From Guillardia theta CCMP2712 (taxonomy: Eukaryota > Protista > Cryptophyta): DNA of 51,061 bases. The notes beneath the pieces are model-generated. The model saw only the letters and a list, made by a program, of their open reading frames with translations, did no database searches and had not been told where the DNA came from. The stretch is taken from NCBI RefSeq assembly GCF_000315625.1, contig NW_005434559.1:1-51061 (forward strand), in the 5' to 3' direction. The translations under genes and the position numbers were made by a program. Positions 23,557 to 37,650 of this stretch are shown piece by piece. Positions within the stretch are counted from its first letter, which is position 1. Each line of letters begins with the position of its first letter.

Positions 23557-25496
23557 AATAATGGAATTTGACAGAGAATGACAAGATTTGTTTCTTTCAC
23601 ATGCTTCGTTGTGATCTTAACATCGAATGTACCGCAGATGTTTGCCAGGATTGGTTCGGTCTGTGCTTGAGGGGGGTTTTCACTCCCATGCCCCCACCTT
23701 TACTTTTGCGATTGAACAAAATTCGAAATGATTGCAATCTAAGCAAAACAACTTGTCAGTCAATCACGCATTTCATCTGAAGCAATGCGAACACCCGTGA
23801 TCTCAATTGCGAAATTTTCGTGTCTACAGGATCCCAAGAGTAGGTCTTACCTATTACTACTCCTCGCCTTCAAGACATCATATTTTCGAGTTCAAGACGT
23901 GAGATTTGATTGTTTTATCTCGTCTCAGATGTTTCCCTCACTCACAGTCATTATTCTACCTCTCCTGTACCCGATTCACGAAAAATCGACTCCCAACATT
24001 TCAAATCAAAACACCAGGCGTACATTCTTCTGCGTGCATGCTTGATACAAATCCTCGTATGATTTTGGATTGGTCTCTTCTCTCTTCTTCCTGCTTCCCT
24101 TTCCTTCTCCTTCTCGCACCATCGCACCCACACGTCCTTAGCGCTGGTGTTGTTTTCGACATTTCATTGCTTCCGACACCCACACACCCACCCACCCACC
24201 CACCTACCCACCCCTTCTAAAACCTACCATGCAGAAATGTACCGTCATGACCTTTAAGTACCCCCTTTTTACCCATAAATCTGCGATCATTAAGAGGGTA
24301 GTTTTGTAGGTCTGTGGTCCACCACCCCTTTCAATGTCACAATTATGTACCCCTAACCCTTTCGTCCGATTACCCCACCCCCATCGTGAGAGCCGGAGAT
24401 CCACCCCGGGAGATCTAGCGGTATCTCGTTTGCAATCTCCTCTATAAATATTTATAGATATTGGCTCGATATTTTACATGAATATAAACAAAGTAATAAA
24501 TTGTTGCGAACTTTCTTCTATAAAAGTTGGAAATAAGAGTTAATATTTGAACATTACTTGACAGCTCCACAATGTTTTAAAACTTAAATATTATTATTCT
24601 TGCCAATTGAGAATGCGTCACTGATACTTAAAAGAATTTCAGGGTCTCGAAATACTGCTGGTGCATGGGAACTATGGTGATTGTTTCCTGATAAATTCAA
24701 ATTTGAAAAAGAAATTTGAGCTGATGGGTTGAAACTTGATTTGACGGAGTCGACTGCCCCCAGACCGAGCTAGGTTTTTATTCTCAGTTCAGACCGACTT
24801 GTAAGTGATCCGCTAACCTGATCCAAACTAAACTAAACTACTGAGTCCTTTGATCCCAAACTAGTCAATCACTGTCACGTTGAGTAAAGGCTTGGGCAGC
24901 TTCCGAAAAGTACTACAGTAATAACACAGTCGCAGTCGCATCAATTAAACTTTCAGTTCCTCCGCCGGCCGGCGCCGTCCGAAACTCAGTTTTTCAAGTC
25001 TGTGACTTGAGGTATACTAGTCTTTTCTTTTTAACTGAAGTTGCAACTTTTCATCCTTTTACGCCGAGAACATCATAAAATAACTGCCAAATGCAGTGCG
25101 GCATGATGAATCGGGATGACTCTGAGTCTGATGCCACTGGCCGGCCTTGGGCCCGGCCCCCGGCCCGGCCGCCGCGGCCGCGCACACGCCGACCTGTTTA
25201 CTCAAAGTTAAGTTAACGGTGACCAGTGGCGCCCCGCCGCCCCGCATTCAACGTTTGCTCATACTGCGGTACCGTAAAGCGAAGAGTACGGTACATTCAT
25301 AGTTCATATACCCAAAAGTTGTACCAGATATTTTAGGTATTCCGGCCTCCTGGTACAAATGTGGTACAAATGACTTAGTAGGGATTTACTACTGTAAAAC
25401 CTCTGGGGGTCGCATCGCAAACGGCGCAACAAATGATGGCGGAGAAAGAAACAAGTAGGGACAATGAGAGACGACGGCGACGACGGCGACGACGAC

Positions 25497-25560
<64 letters not shown>

Positions 25561-25999
25561 AGATGAGACGATGATAAAGACGAAGCCAGACCGGACAGAC
25601 GGAGATATGCTGGTCAAGAGGCGTCAGAAATTGAACTGGCCATCAGTTCTGAAAAGAAAGACAAAACGAGAGGAGAGATGAGGAAACGAGCAAGGCAAAG
25701 AGCAAGTAGGATCCTCGGGGAGGGATCGTGACATTGAGATGAGCCACAGTAGCTATCCAGGAGTCAGGAGAGGGGAGAAGAAGTGGGCGGAGTGGGGGGG
25801 GCGGGGGGGGCGGGGGGGGCGGGGCCAAGGGACCGAGGGAGGGAGGAGAGCATAGCTAGATGGACAATCCTAGTCCTTGACGTCGAACTCAGGTCTTTAC
25901 TATCGAAACTTTGATCAGCAATGCGCGTCGCACAGGTTAGTTTGGCTCATGTTAATTTGACCATGTCTGTTCTTACCTTGCGACCAGGTATCCCAAAAA

Positions 26000-28818
26000 A
26001 TGCTCCGAGGAGTCTCTCGGAATGTTGCAAGGCGAACGTTCTTCAATGCAGCATATGGTTTAGCTAAGAAGGTCATGCCTAAGATATCAGAGACGGAGGC
26101 TGCTGCATTGAACTCCGGAAGCGTCAGCTTTGATGGCGAACTTTTCAAGGGCGACACATCAAGCAAGCATCTGCTAGAAAAGTATAGCCTGAAGCTGACG
26201 CCCGAAGAAGAGGCATTTTTGAAGAATGAGACTGAACAGCTGTGTGAGATGCTGAACAATCATCAGATCGATGTCGATCAGAACCTTCCTCCGAATGTTT
26301 GGCAGTTTATACGCGAGAAACGATTCATGGGTATGATCATTCCAAAGAAGTATGGTGGTCTGGGTTTCAGTGGCCATGGGCATGCTCTCGTAGTTGAAAA
26401 GATTGCCGGACGCAACGGGGCAGCAGCTGTGACCGTCATGGTCCCTAACTCACTCGGTCCTGGTGAACTCTTGTATCATTACGGAACAGAAGAGCAGAAG
26501 AACCACTACTTGCCTCGCCTCGCCAATGGAATTGACATTCCATGCTTTGGCCTGACGGGAGCACCCAATGGTTCGGATGCAGCAGGATCTATGGTCGACG
26601 AGGGGGTAGTTGTGATGGAGGATGGAGTATTGGGAATGAGAGTTAACTTCTCCAAACGGTACATCACTCTCGCGCCTGTCGCTACCTTGGTTGGTCTCGC
26701 CTTTAAGCTGAAGGACCCATCAAAGCTGCTCACCAAAGGAAAGGAGGGCATTACAGTAGCTCTGCTTCCTACTTCTCCGAATCAGTTCGCTCCCAGTGGT
26801 ATTCAAGGCCTGAAGACAGGAAATCGCCATGACCCGCTGGGAACGCCTTTCATGAACGGAACAGTGCAAGGCCAGAACGTTTTCATACCCATGTCATGCA
26901 TTATTGGCGGAGAAGAGCGAGCAGGTTTACAACCTTGATGATAGTCGTTGATTAGTCTGATTCGTAAATTCCAGGTTACGGGTGGAACATGCTTGTTGAG
27001 TGTCTTGGTGAAGGACGAGGAATTTCGCTCCCAGCAGGCTCGATAGCTGGAATGAAACTCTCTACTCTTGCCGTAAGTTTAAAATTTCTTTGCACGAATC
27101 TCATGCACTTTGTCAGGTTGGAGGGTATGCCCGCATCCGCAAACAATTCAAAGTTCCCATTGCCGACATGGAAGGTGTCCAGGAGAAGCTTGCCGTGATC
27201 GCGAGAAACAGTTATCAATCTATCGCTGCTCAGCATCTCTTCAACGCTATCCTAGCGACAGGTCAGAAACCACCTGTGCTCTCAGCTATCATGAAGCAGC
27301 AATGCACCGAGAAAGGAAGGGAGTCAATCAACGAGGCCATGGACATCATCGGTGGTGCTGGTATCATCAAAGGTCCCTCCAACTACCTGGCGAGTGGCTA
27401 TCAAGCGATTCCTATCGGCATCACCGTAGAGGGAGCCAACACGCTCACGCGCTCACTGATCATCTTCGGTCAAGGACTGAATCGCTCGCACCCTCATCTC
27501 CTCGACCTCATCCAGACCATCCAGAAGGGCAACGACTTGCAAGGCTTCAACCGCGAGCTCACGCTGGTCTTCAAGCACGCTTTCACCAACTTGGGGCGAT
27601 CCGTGTCTCGAGGATTGTCTGTGCAGCTTCAGCCCAAGGGGGGGAACATTGTTGGTTACCATGAAGCACAGGTGAGCTTGTTATTGTTATCTGATTCTCG
27701 CATAGCTTGTCATTGTTATCTGAATACTCGCATAGCTTGTCATTGTTATCTGAATACTCGCATAGCTTGTCATTGTTATCTGAATACTCGCATAGCTTGT
27801 CATTGTTATCTGAATACTCGCATAGCTTGTCATTGTTATCTGATTCTCGCATAGCTTGTCATTGTTATCTGAATACTCGCATAGCTTGTCATTGTTATCT
27901 GAATACTCGCATAGCTTGTCATTGTTATCTGAATACTCGCATAGCTTGTCATTGTTATCTGAATGCTCACTTGGTTGTCATCACCATCCTAACACTTATT
28001 GTGCTCAGTTGCACCGATTGACTGCCTGCTTTGCGTTCTTGTCCGATGTTGGAATGATACTGGGAGGAGGCCTCAAGACTGCTGAGTTTGTGTCTGGCCG
28101 ATACGCTGATATCTTGGGAAACCTCTACATTGGATACGCTTGCCTCTGGTTCTACCAGAATAATCGCAACGTCAAGGATTTGGCAGTGTTGTTGGACTAC
28201 GCGATGGCAGACGTTTGTCACAAGATTCAGGAGTCTATGTTTGGTCTGTTTGACAATTTTCCCGTTCCTCTCGTTGGTCTTGGTATGAGGTTGGTCACTT
28301 TCCCTCGAGGAAGAGAGTATTTTGTCGCGAAGGATTCGCTACGAAAGAAAGTGTCAAACCTCATCACCACTCCGACAGAGGTGCAGCCCTGAAACGCTCG
28401 TCGGGTGCTTTGAGCTTGACAGACGTGCAGGTCCGAAGCCTCATGACAGAGAATGTCTTCATCTCCAAGAGCCCAGGAGATCGAGTTCATCAGATCGCAC
28501 ACGCTTTCAACATCTGCATCTCTGCTGACGAGATCGCTCGAACTATCCGGCGTGAGAAGCGAGAGGTACGACAAGGAGCTCAAGTCCTCATGCTCACGCG
28601 CACCGACAGGCGACTGCCGAGGAATCAAAGGTGCTGGCCGAGGCAGACAAGCTGCGAGACGAGATCATTCAGGTTGGTCACGATCGTGACTTGAGCGCAA
28701 CTGACGTCTGGCTCAGGTCGACACCTTCGAGACTCTAGCAGGGAAGGACCATCGCGGTCAGTTCATGACTCCCACTTGGTCTGTGTCGGAGACCAAACAC
28801 GAGAAGAGCGCCATGTGA
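26000..28818 (+). CDS. fadE: Acyl-CoA dehydrogenase, FadE-type (with DUF1974-like C-terminus), about 7-8 exons; final exon uncertain
   Basis: Motifs MPKISETEAAALNSG, TVMVPNSLGPGELLYHYGTEEQK, IPCFGLT..GSDA, KRYITLAPVATLVGLAF, GWNMLVECLGEGRGISLP, RIRKQF, IPIGITVEGANTLTRSLIIFGQG and SGRYADILGNLY. GT-AG introns at 26925-26974, 27073-27116, 27672-28008 and further downstream. Confidence 0.92.
27690..27967. repeat. 30-bp intronic minisatellite TCTGAATACTCGCATAGCTTGTCATTGTTA, ~9 copies
   Basis: Lies inside the intron at 27672-28008. Confidence 0.95.
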
Positions 28819-28898
28819 GAAAAGGCAGTAGGACGCGCGTCTTTACCAACGAATTTACACAAGAAGAGCATCATAATAGACGAAGCAGCAAGCCCTGC

Positions 28899-31800
28899 TC
28901 AATGTCGTTGGTTCCACCCCTGACTTGGCGGCGGCATCCTCCCCTGTCCGCCCATCCCTTGACTGCCCCAGTCGCCTCCTGGCCTTTGGCCCCACGTGCC
29001 TCCTGCCTGAGACTGAGAGGGCATCCTCGGAGCTCCAGGCGCTCCCCAGGTGCTGCCGTTGGAGGGCCACTGACCCCCAGGAGCGCCCCAGGTGCTCTGC
29101 GGCTGCGCGTAGGGAGCTGACGAGACGGTCAGCATGCGAAGAAGAGACAAGAAAGCAGCTGGATCAGGATCGGGGGAGAGAGGAGATCGGGCGAGGGGCA
29201 AGATCGGGGGAGAGAGGAGCATTGGCGTACCTTGAGGGCCGCGGGAACGATTCAAGAGCTCCATGGGGTTTTGCTTGAAGTGGTTGATGACGTGATCAGG
29301 CGACTTGAAGATCTGACAGCCTGTTGGAGGAAGAACAAGGAAAGGAGAGAGGAGAGGACGGCGGGGAGGAAGGGAGGAAAACCAGGGAGGTAAAGGGGGA
29401 TCAAGAGAGGGCGAGGAGGAGGATGAAGCTTGTGAAACCTTTTGGCGGAAACGGAATCCATCAACAACTGTTGTAATTCGCTCCTCCTGCACGTGAATCA
29501 GCTCCTCCCGTCTCTTCTCCTTTCCCCCACCTGCACGGTCTTGGTGCCGGGCAACCAGAAGAGCATGAAGCCCCCCTAAGAAGCATCAGCGATCCTCCTA
29601 ATCGTTGCCCCTCCTTCCTCCCTCCTTTTCTTTTTCCTTTTGTTGCTTCGCCCCCTCATCTCTCCTCCTCTTCCCCACCCCTTCCTTTACTGTTCCTGCC
29701 CTTCCTCTCCCCTACCTGCATGTCCGGGTTGATCCCAATCAAGTAAGGTGTTCCCCTTGCGTTCATCTGTCGTTGGAACGGTCACCGAATGAGTCACCAG
29801 AAGGGGAGGGGGAGGCAAGGGCAGAAGGAGGGAGCAGCGAGGAGGGAGGAGAGAGGAGGGAGGAGCAGCGCTTGCCTGCTTCTGTTCGATGAGCTTGTTC
29901 CGGATTTCAGGGGCGGAGGCTGTAGACCAGTGAGGGTTGGGGAGCTGCAACAACGGCTGCTTCACCGTTACAGAACTTCGCGTGCTCGATCATCTTGGCT
30001 TCATGGGAGCCGAGAACTTCGATGTAGCTGACAGAAAGAGGAATGAGGCAGGGAAGGGGAGGGAGGGAGGCGGGAGGGAAGAGAAGGGAAGGAGAAGAGA
30101 TTGGGAGTGAGCAAGCGGGAGGTGACGTCAGCAAAGAAGGGTTACCCGATGATCAGCTCGTCAAGGTTCTCGAAACTTCTGTTCTCAATCTTGTGGCACC
30201 GTCACTCAACGACCGGATCGCCTCCACCTCTACCTGCAGTCGCTTGCCCAACTCATACGGACTCGGCTGAGAGGAACGTCTCGGTCAGCAGAAGACTTGA
30301 TAAAAAGCAGAAAGAGCGAGAGGGAGGGAGGGAGGGAGGGAGGGAGGGAGGGAGGGAGGGAGATACGGACGAGGCATGACAGATAGAGGGAGGAGTGATA
30401 GAGGGGAGAAAAGGATGGAGAGGGAGAGGGAGAGGGAGAGGGAGAGGGAGAGGGAGGAGAAGACGAGATTCTCATACCTGCTCGAACATCTTTATCTGCA
30501 CCTCCTGGTATACGGGCATGATAGCGCCATCGTCGCCGATCGGAGCATCGCAAACTTTCCGAGTGACAGACAACGTGTCCAACCCTGAGCGAGCGTATCA
30601 TCAAGGAGATGGTGGGGGAGAGCACGAAGAAAGAAGAGGAGAGGAAAAGAAAGATACATAGAAAGGAGAGGAAAGGCGATGGATCGAAGAGAGGAATGGA
30701 AGGAGGTAGAGACAACCGAGAAAACGAGGAAGATAAAGGATGCAACGCCAAGAAAGCAGGAGAGGGGGGAGGGAAGACAATGGAGGGGAGGGGAAACAGT
30801 TCGGTACCTTGACTCGAAGGTCGGATGATAAACTCTCCAGCTTCTCTCTCCTACGGTCAAGATTAGCCGGGCCTCGTCCTTCTCCTCTCCCTCCATTTTC
30901 TCTCCAACCTCAAGGAGTCGACGGGCCTTCATCCTCGGCACGTTGGAGAAGCTCGGGTGATCAATCAGCCTCGTACGGATCTGACCGGCCTGACCAACAG
31001 CTTCTCGTCAGGCTGCCTGCAAAGTCTTCCTTGCTTTCCACCCCCTCACCCCACACATCCTCCTCCATTCTATTCTGCTGCCTCCTTCCTCCTTCCTCCT
31101 AGCTTCCACCGTCATACTCAACCCCGCCAACCCTCCCGCTGCAGCCCGTTCCCCTTCCCCTGCCCCTGCCCCTGCCGCTTCCCCTGTCCCTGTCCCTGCC
31201 CCTGCCCCTGCCCCTGCCCTCCATCGCATCGGGGGGCCTCTCACGAAGAGCAGGTTGCAAACGCAGCACACGTACCTTCTTGCCCTTGACCTCCTTCTTC
31301 ATGACTTTCTCGACTTTTCGTATCAGCGACTCCCTGGCCGTCTGCGACTCCTCAGCTTCCTCCCTCCAGACTCCTCGCAACTCACCAAGTCTACCGAGAA
31401 CTCTTCATACTTCACGTCCACAATCATACAGCTAAGAATGTCATTCTCCTTCACCTTCTGCAGGTCAAGTAGTCAGCACAGCCCCCTCTGCCTACCTCCC
31501 CCCCCCCTCTCTTCTTACGCTCTGGAGTGTTCGCTTGTCAGCATCCGTATCCCCGAAATTCATTTCGTCCAACACGCCGATGAGCCCGTTTTCGAGCTTA
31601 CAGATGATCTGCTCTCGATCAGCATCCCCTCTTTTGTCTCATCCTCCCCTCCCCATTCCCCTCTCCTCCTTCCCTCTTCCCATTCCTGTTCCCTGTTGGG
31701 TCCTTCCCCTCTCCACTCCATCCCCCGCCACCTCCCACTTGCATCCGAGCAGCTACAGACCTTGTAGGGAGGGAGGGGAGGGGCGTCGGGGTCTTCACTG

Positions 31801-34800
31801 CGCGAGTGCGGGCGGACGAGCTTGGCGACGCGAACGTGAACGACTTTGTCTTTGAGCGTCGAGACTTTAGACCCGTCCGGCTTCACCCTGTCGCTCTCCC
31901 CCGTCAGCAGGTTGAACTCGCTTCGCTTGTCCAGCTCCCATGGCAACAGCCCATCGTCGAGTTGCTGGCACGTAGGTGAGCAGAACTGGACTGAGAGCAT
32001 GGAAGGGGAGGGGAGGGGAGGGAAGAGAGTGGGGAAGAAGGGGGGGGGTTGAGCCCTATGGAGCAGCACAAGAGAGCAAATTGGAGTGAATGGAGTGAAG
32101 GTGGCGGTAGAGGGCAACAAGCAAGGATGTAAGGGGCATGGAAGATGAGAGAGGAGGGGGAGGGAGGCGGGAGGAGAAGACAGGACGAGGAGGAAGGTGG
32201 GGCAGTGTTGAGAGGAACACCTCTAGTTTCCGGCTGTCATGAAAGGGATTCAAGATCTCAGTTCGAATGTCCTGAAGAGTCTCCGTCTTCCTCTCTCCTG
32301 TCGACTGGTAGATGATCTTTCCGTAGCTCTCGAGGTCCTGCTCCCACAGCGCCTCCGAGATTTGCCTGCACCCTCGTCAGCATCCACCGCTGCAAAGGGG
32401 ACGGAGAAAAGACCGATGCAGCTCTTTGTCCGGATGGAGCGCGCGGACCAGAAGGTTCCAGTCGTCCTCCTCCTCCAGCGCGTCTGAAATCTGCCATGGT
32501 CGGTGAGAGGGAGCTGAGCGGGGGCTCGACTACCCACCATCTTCCTGGCGAACCTGTACGACTCAGGGTGTATCCTAGTAGTCTCGAGCGGTCCTCCTCC
32601 CTGCTCATTCCACTTCGCCTGGTTCTCCTCGTGGTCCTTGTACTGCCCCACCTGCTCTGCCCTTCAGTTGACACAAGAGCGGTGGAGGGAGAGGAGTGGA
32701 CGAGGGAACGAGCAGTGAGGAGCAGAGAAAGCAGGTGGGCGGTCGAGCAACGAGCCATCGAATAAGAAGAGGCTGAGGATGGAAAGTGGATGATGCCGGT
32801 GTAGGAAGGCGGAGGGGCAGGAGGGAGGGAGGAAAGAGGAAGGGGGGAGGTCTAGGTCGAGTCAACATGACCTCAAGGTCGTCCATCCACATGGAAGTGT
32901 TCTTGGTTATCTTCATGAACGCGGAGGCGTTGTAGAAAGTGACTTCCTTGAAAACTGTGCGGACGTTCCTGTCCTCCAGCAGCGCATTGCGATACTGCCA
33001 GCTCGTCACTCCCCGCACATTCGCAGCTCCTCCCACCAACCTGCACACAACCGTACTGGCTGATGATTCTCAGCAGCTCCTGCGCCTTCCTGGGGCCCAG
33101 CCCAGCGACGAACTGCAACGTGTTGCCGAAGATGATCTGCTTGTCAGCAGCAAGGTTGATATCGACCCCAACGTCGTTGACAACATTGATGAAGGCTCTT
33201 TGCGTGAACTTGACCCTCTCATGCTTGTCCAGCATCCCCTGCAGCTGGTGCAGGTTGAGCGACAGGATGTCCTCAGACAAGCCGATGCACAACCCCGACA
33301 GCTCACGAAGAGGATCCTGGAGCTTTCGAGCAAGCGACACGGCCATGAGGCGTGTGGGCGGGTAGCGAGGAAACTCCTGCATGCTCCTGGGCGAGTGCGA
33401 GTACTTATACGCCACCGACTGCTCGCTAAGGAGAACGTCGATGGTGCGATGAAGGATCCCCTCCGACTCGCACGCTGAGACGAGCCGCTCGAACTGGGCC
33501 TTGAGGGTCCTGCACTTGAGCCCTCCTCCAGAGCCGATCACAATCACATCAGGTCGTTGCTCGTCGAGGAAAGACATGAGCTGGTGGGCCTCGTTGTCCT
33601 TGAACGCTGCGTTGATGTGGTTTCCGCTGAAGGGGACACTCAGGTTGATCGACTTGTAGCTCACAACCTCCCCCTGCTGATTGATCACCACGATCTCCGA
33701 CGGCTCAGCATAGCACAGCGCCATGATGTTCTTGGGCGTCTCGGGGGTCCCATCCACGGAGCGGTAGACGTAGGGGGGAACCCGAAGTTGGTTCTCCAAC
33801 TCCATCTGCATCTGCTTTCCCACTCGGTCCTTGGCCTTCCTCTGACGAACTTCCACCAGCATCCTCTCCATGGTCGGGTACAGGTTGGTCTCCAATGCCT
33901 CCTTCAGGATGCCTACCCTCAAGTCGTTCCATTCTTCCGAGCAAGAGTTCTGCTCGTCGCTCTTGTAGCAGCGGATCAGTTCATCGAGCAGGCGATCGTG
34001 GCTTCTTGGGTCCATCCTTATCTCAACGTTGAGATACTTCTCGCTCCGGCACTTCATGATCGTCAGGAAGTCTTCGTCGCCGATGTCTCGGTCGGGAACC
34101 TGCGAAATCAACTCAAAGTCGCTTTCACGTCAAACAGCAGACTGAGGCACTTGTTGACGAACCTGTCTGTAGTTGCGGAACTCGTGGTGAATGGTCTCCC
34201 CAGAATCCTCTCCCTGCTTCGTCTCGGAGCAAGTGACCGTTGCGGACCGCAGGAAGAACTCTTCCCGCACGTAGCGGCGGATCACCGGGTCAGCGGCAAT
34301 CTCCTTTGCGGCACTGAACCGGATGGCTGACAGCAACGCATTCACGTCCTGTAAGCCATACTCCCTCGCATCCTCCACGTAGTCAATCAGGAATTCCACT
34401 GGGCCCTCAGCAGGGTCTGGCGGGGTGTGGACCTTATACCCAGCAAGGTTCTCCGCAAGTTTCACCGGGTTCAGCACAAAGCGCTCAAGGATCTTAGTGA
34501 TTCCAGCCTTCTTGCAAACTCTGTACCTCGAGTACTTGACTGGGCGCTTGAAACCTTTTTGCTCTACTTGCTCCTCTTCAGCTTCAGAGTTCCTCAGCTC
34601 CATGAACGCCTTGACGTCGCTGAGTTCCTCCATCGAAAATGCTTTCTGCAGGACGTTGAGCGATGCCGTGTCGTTTGCCGCCTCAAGGTTCAACTTTAGT
34701 TGTTCCTTCCTCTGCTTCAGGAAGCAGTAACGCGCATCTAGATCGTAGATGGTCCAGAGGTCCTCTGCCCGCAACTCAGGCTTCCAGTACTCCTTGCGGT

Positions 34801-36201
34801 AATGGGCGATGAAAGGAATATCGAAAATGATCGACTCAGGCATGGCAGGTTGTTCAACATCCTCGGTGGACGTTTCCCACCATTTGGGGATTCCCTCGAA
34901 GAAGTGTGAGGCCGTATGATGGATGTCCTCCTTCTCAACTCCACGGAAGAAACAGATCACGTTTGTTATTTTCGACACCAACCTCGCCCTGAGGTCCCTC
35001 GCGCGTTCAGAACGTGTGACCTTCATAACCTGCTGCTGCTGCTCGTCGTCTTGCTCTTCGATGGGAATAGGCACCTCCACCATGTCATCTCCAAACTCCT
35101 CCAGATACTTCCAGTCGATGAATTTAATATCCTTGGCATGCTGCTTGACAATCCATTCAGCCTCGTCCTTCACCTCCTCCAATGTCGGGGTTGGCCCTCT
35201 CTTCTTCAAATCGATTTGTAGGCGCTCTGGAGCATCTGTTTTCCGGATTTCATCATCTTCTTTGCTGAGGAAGTACTCCTTGATCAAGTGTGGCTCGTAG
35301 AGCTTTTCAAAACTCGGGCCTTCCTCTTTCTCATCTGCCGCCTTCGATTCTTCGTCGTACTCGTCGTCGTACTCATCATCCCCGAACAGGTCAACGGCTC
35401 TATCGATCTTCTCTAGCTCGTTGTCGTTGACGGACGATCGGGGCCCCTTTCTTCTCCTCTTGCCAACACCTGCCCCTAGCTCCCTGCCACGATCCGATGT
35501 CAAACGCAAACCAAGATTGAACAAGACATCAATACTCAGGTTCATCGTCTTCGATGAAATCACCCATCGAGTCATCAGATTCGTCATCTAGTATTTCGTC
35601 AGTATGCTGTATGAATTCCTGACAGAAACATCTCACCATCGTAGCTGTGAGATCTGCCTGGCCTCTCATCATACTCCCGCTGGTCCTTCCAAGAGGTCTG
35701 GGCACGCTTGATGCGCTTTCTCGCCGGCTCGTCATCTCCACCCTCATCATCTTGATCGCTGTCATCGGCAACATCCGCATGATCGATCTCCGCATCAAGG
35801 TTGAGATTCTCCCTCACAAGTTCGAGGTCATCCCTCGTTGCCTTTTTCTCAGACTCAGAGATGCGGATCCTCTCTCGCGGGCGTTCCTCCTCTTCGTCGT
35901 CATCGACGATAAACGCTCCTTTGGACTTCCCGTCGTTGTCATCTAGTTCATCGTCGTCCTCATCATCCTCATCATCGTATGCTTTGACTCCACCATCATC
36001 ATCTTCCTCCTCAGCTGCATCATCAATGTACCTCCTGGCACCAGTTCTGCCCTTGCCTTTTGACCTTTTACGAATTGGTTTCTGCTCCCGCTCGTCGCTG
36101 TCATTGCCTTGATCATTATCGTCATCGTCGTCATCATACTGTCCAGAGTCCCCTTGATTCTCTTCATCCTCCCTCTCAGAAGCGCTTTCGTCTGACGGCA
36201 T
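28899..36201 (-). CDS. SPT6: Transcription elongation factor / histone chaperone SPT6, multi-exon
   Basis: Acidic N-terminus, then EIRKTDAPERLQ, DIPFIAHYRKEY, CSEEWNDLR, AVSLARKLQDPLRELSGL, VVNDVGVDIN, LQFVAGLGPRKA, FYNASAFMKI and LETTRIHPESYRFARKM. SH2-like exons and a Gly/Trp-rich tail follow. Confidence 0.95.
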
Positions 36202-36741
36202 ACCTGATGAATTCTCCCTTCCTACAGGGGTCTACTGGTGGAAGGCAAACCCTGTACCAGGAACGATAAAAAAATCTGTCAAATGAATTCGTCAACAATC
36301 CTTGATAACAACCACTTACTCAATCATTTAAAAAGCTAATGAAGCACAAATGTACAAACTCTGTGAAGGAACTAATTTCGAGCTGCTAGCTGCTGCCTTG
36401 ATATCATGATCAGGAAGAAATTGCAGAAGCGCTCTCTTTCTCGTTGTTGACCCTCCTAATTTATACTCCAACATATCTTCCTTCATGTACTAGAATTCTA
36501 GTCTGCACTTCCTTCTCTTCTGAAAAAGCTTCCCTAATTTCAGTCATATTCTTCAACACCGTTCTTCTTCCTCCTGTCCCCCGCGAATCTCCCCATCCTC
36601 CTCATCTGGACGTCTCCTCCATCTCCTCCACCACTTCATCCCCCCTCCCCCCATCAGCATCAGCATCAGCATCAGCATCAGCATCAGCATCAGCATCAGC
36701 ATCAGCATCAGCATCATCGTCTTCGTTATCTTTTTCATCCT

Positions 36742-36776
<35 letters not shown>

Positions 36777-37650
36777 TTCCCTTGTTGCTTGCTTCCTACT
36801 CCTTGCTCAGAGGTTGTTTCTCTGCCATCGCTTTTCCCTCAAAAGCACCCCTCACCCCTACCCTACCTTTTCACCCCTACCCCATCGATCAGAGACATTT
36901 GTACCTTGGGTCTACCCCATGGTCTCTATTCTCTTAAGTGAGGTTCTGGTTTCATAACTGCCCCCATCTTCCTGTGTCATACATCAGGACTACCCCCACA
37001 GGGAACTACCCTTCATTATCATTACCCTACCCCCCTGGAAAGACTTCCGCGTGAGTTTCAATTTTAAAAATGTATCACATTCTTTGAAAATTTGATGATA
37101 TTTCAAATTTTATACAATATTTATGAAGACAGATTTCAAATTCTGCATTTGGGTAGGCAGCGAACTATTCCAGGTCAAAGCTGGAAAAGTTTGCTTCTTG
37201 ATTTGAAATTTATATGGGATGCCACAACTTTCCTGCACAATGGCGACGAAATTGAGCCCAAAATGTCTTGGGTTGCGACTGTGCTTTCGCAGGGAGAGGA
37301 CGACGGAAGGAGGGGGGAGGCTGGGGGGCGGGGAGAGGAGGAGCACGGAAGGAGGGAGAGGATGGAGGTAAATCATCGACAAAGGTCTTCAAGCCCGTAG
37401 AGAAGAGAAGAGAACTGCATTAACAACGTGTGGAGAAAGGACACAAAAATAGAATGAGCTGGGTGAATGTCTCTCTCTTTCCTACCCCGCTTCCCCTCCC
37501 TCTCTCCCTCCCTCTTTACTGCTCTGCTTCCTTCCCCCTTCCCCACCCCATCCTCTCCCTTTCATACACAGTTGCTCTCTTTGCTACTTACCTACCTCGA
37601 TCTCGCGAGTCCCTAATATCCAACTCTGCCCCTTTGCTCTAGGTGTGAAA

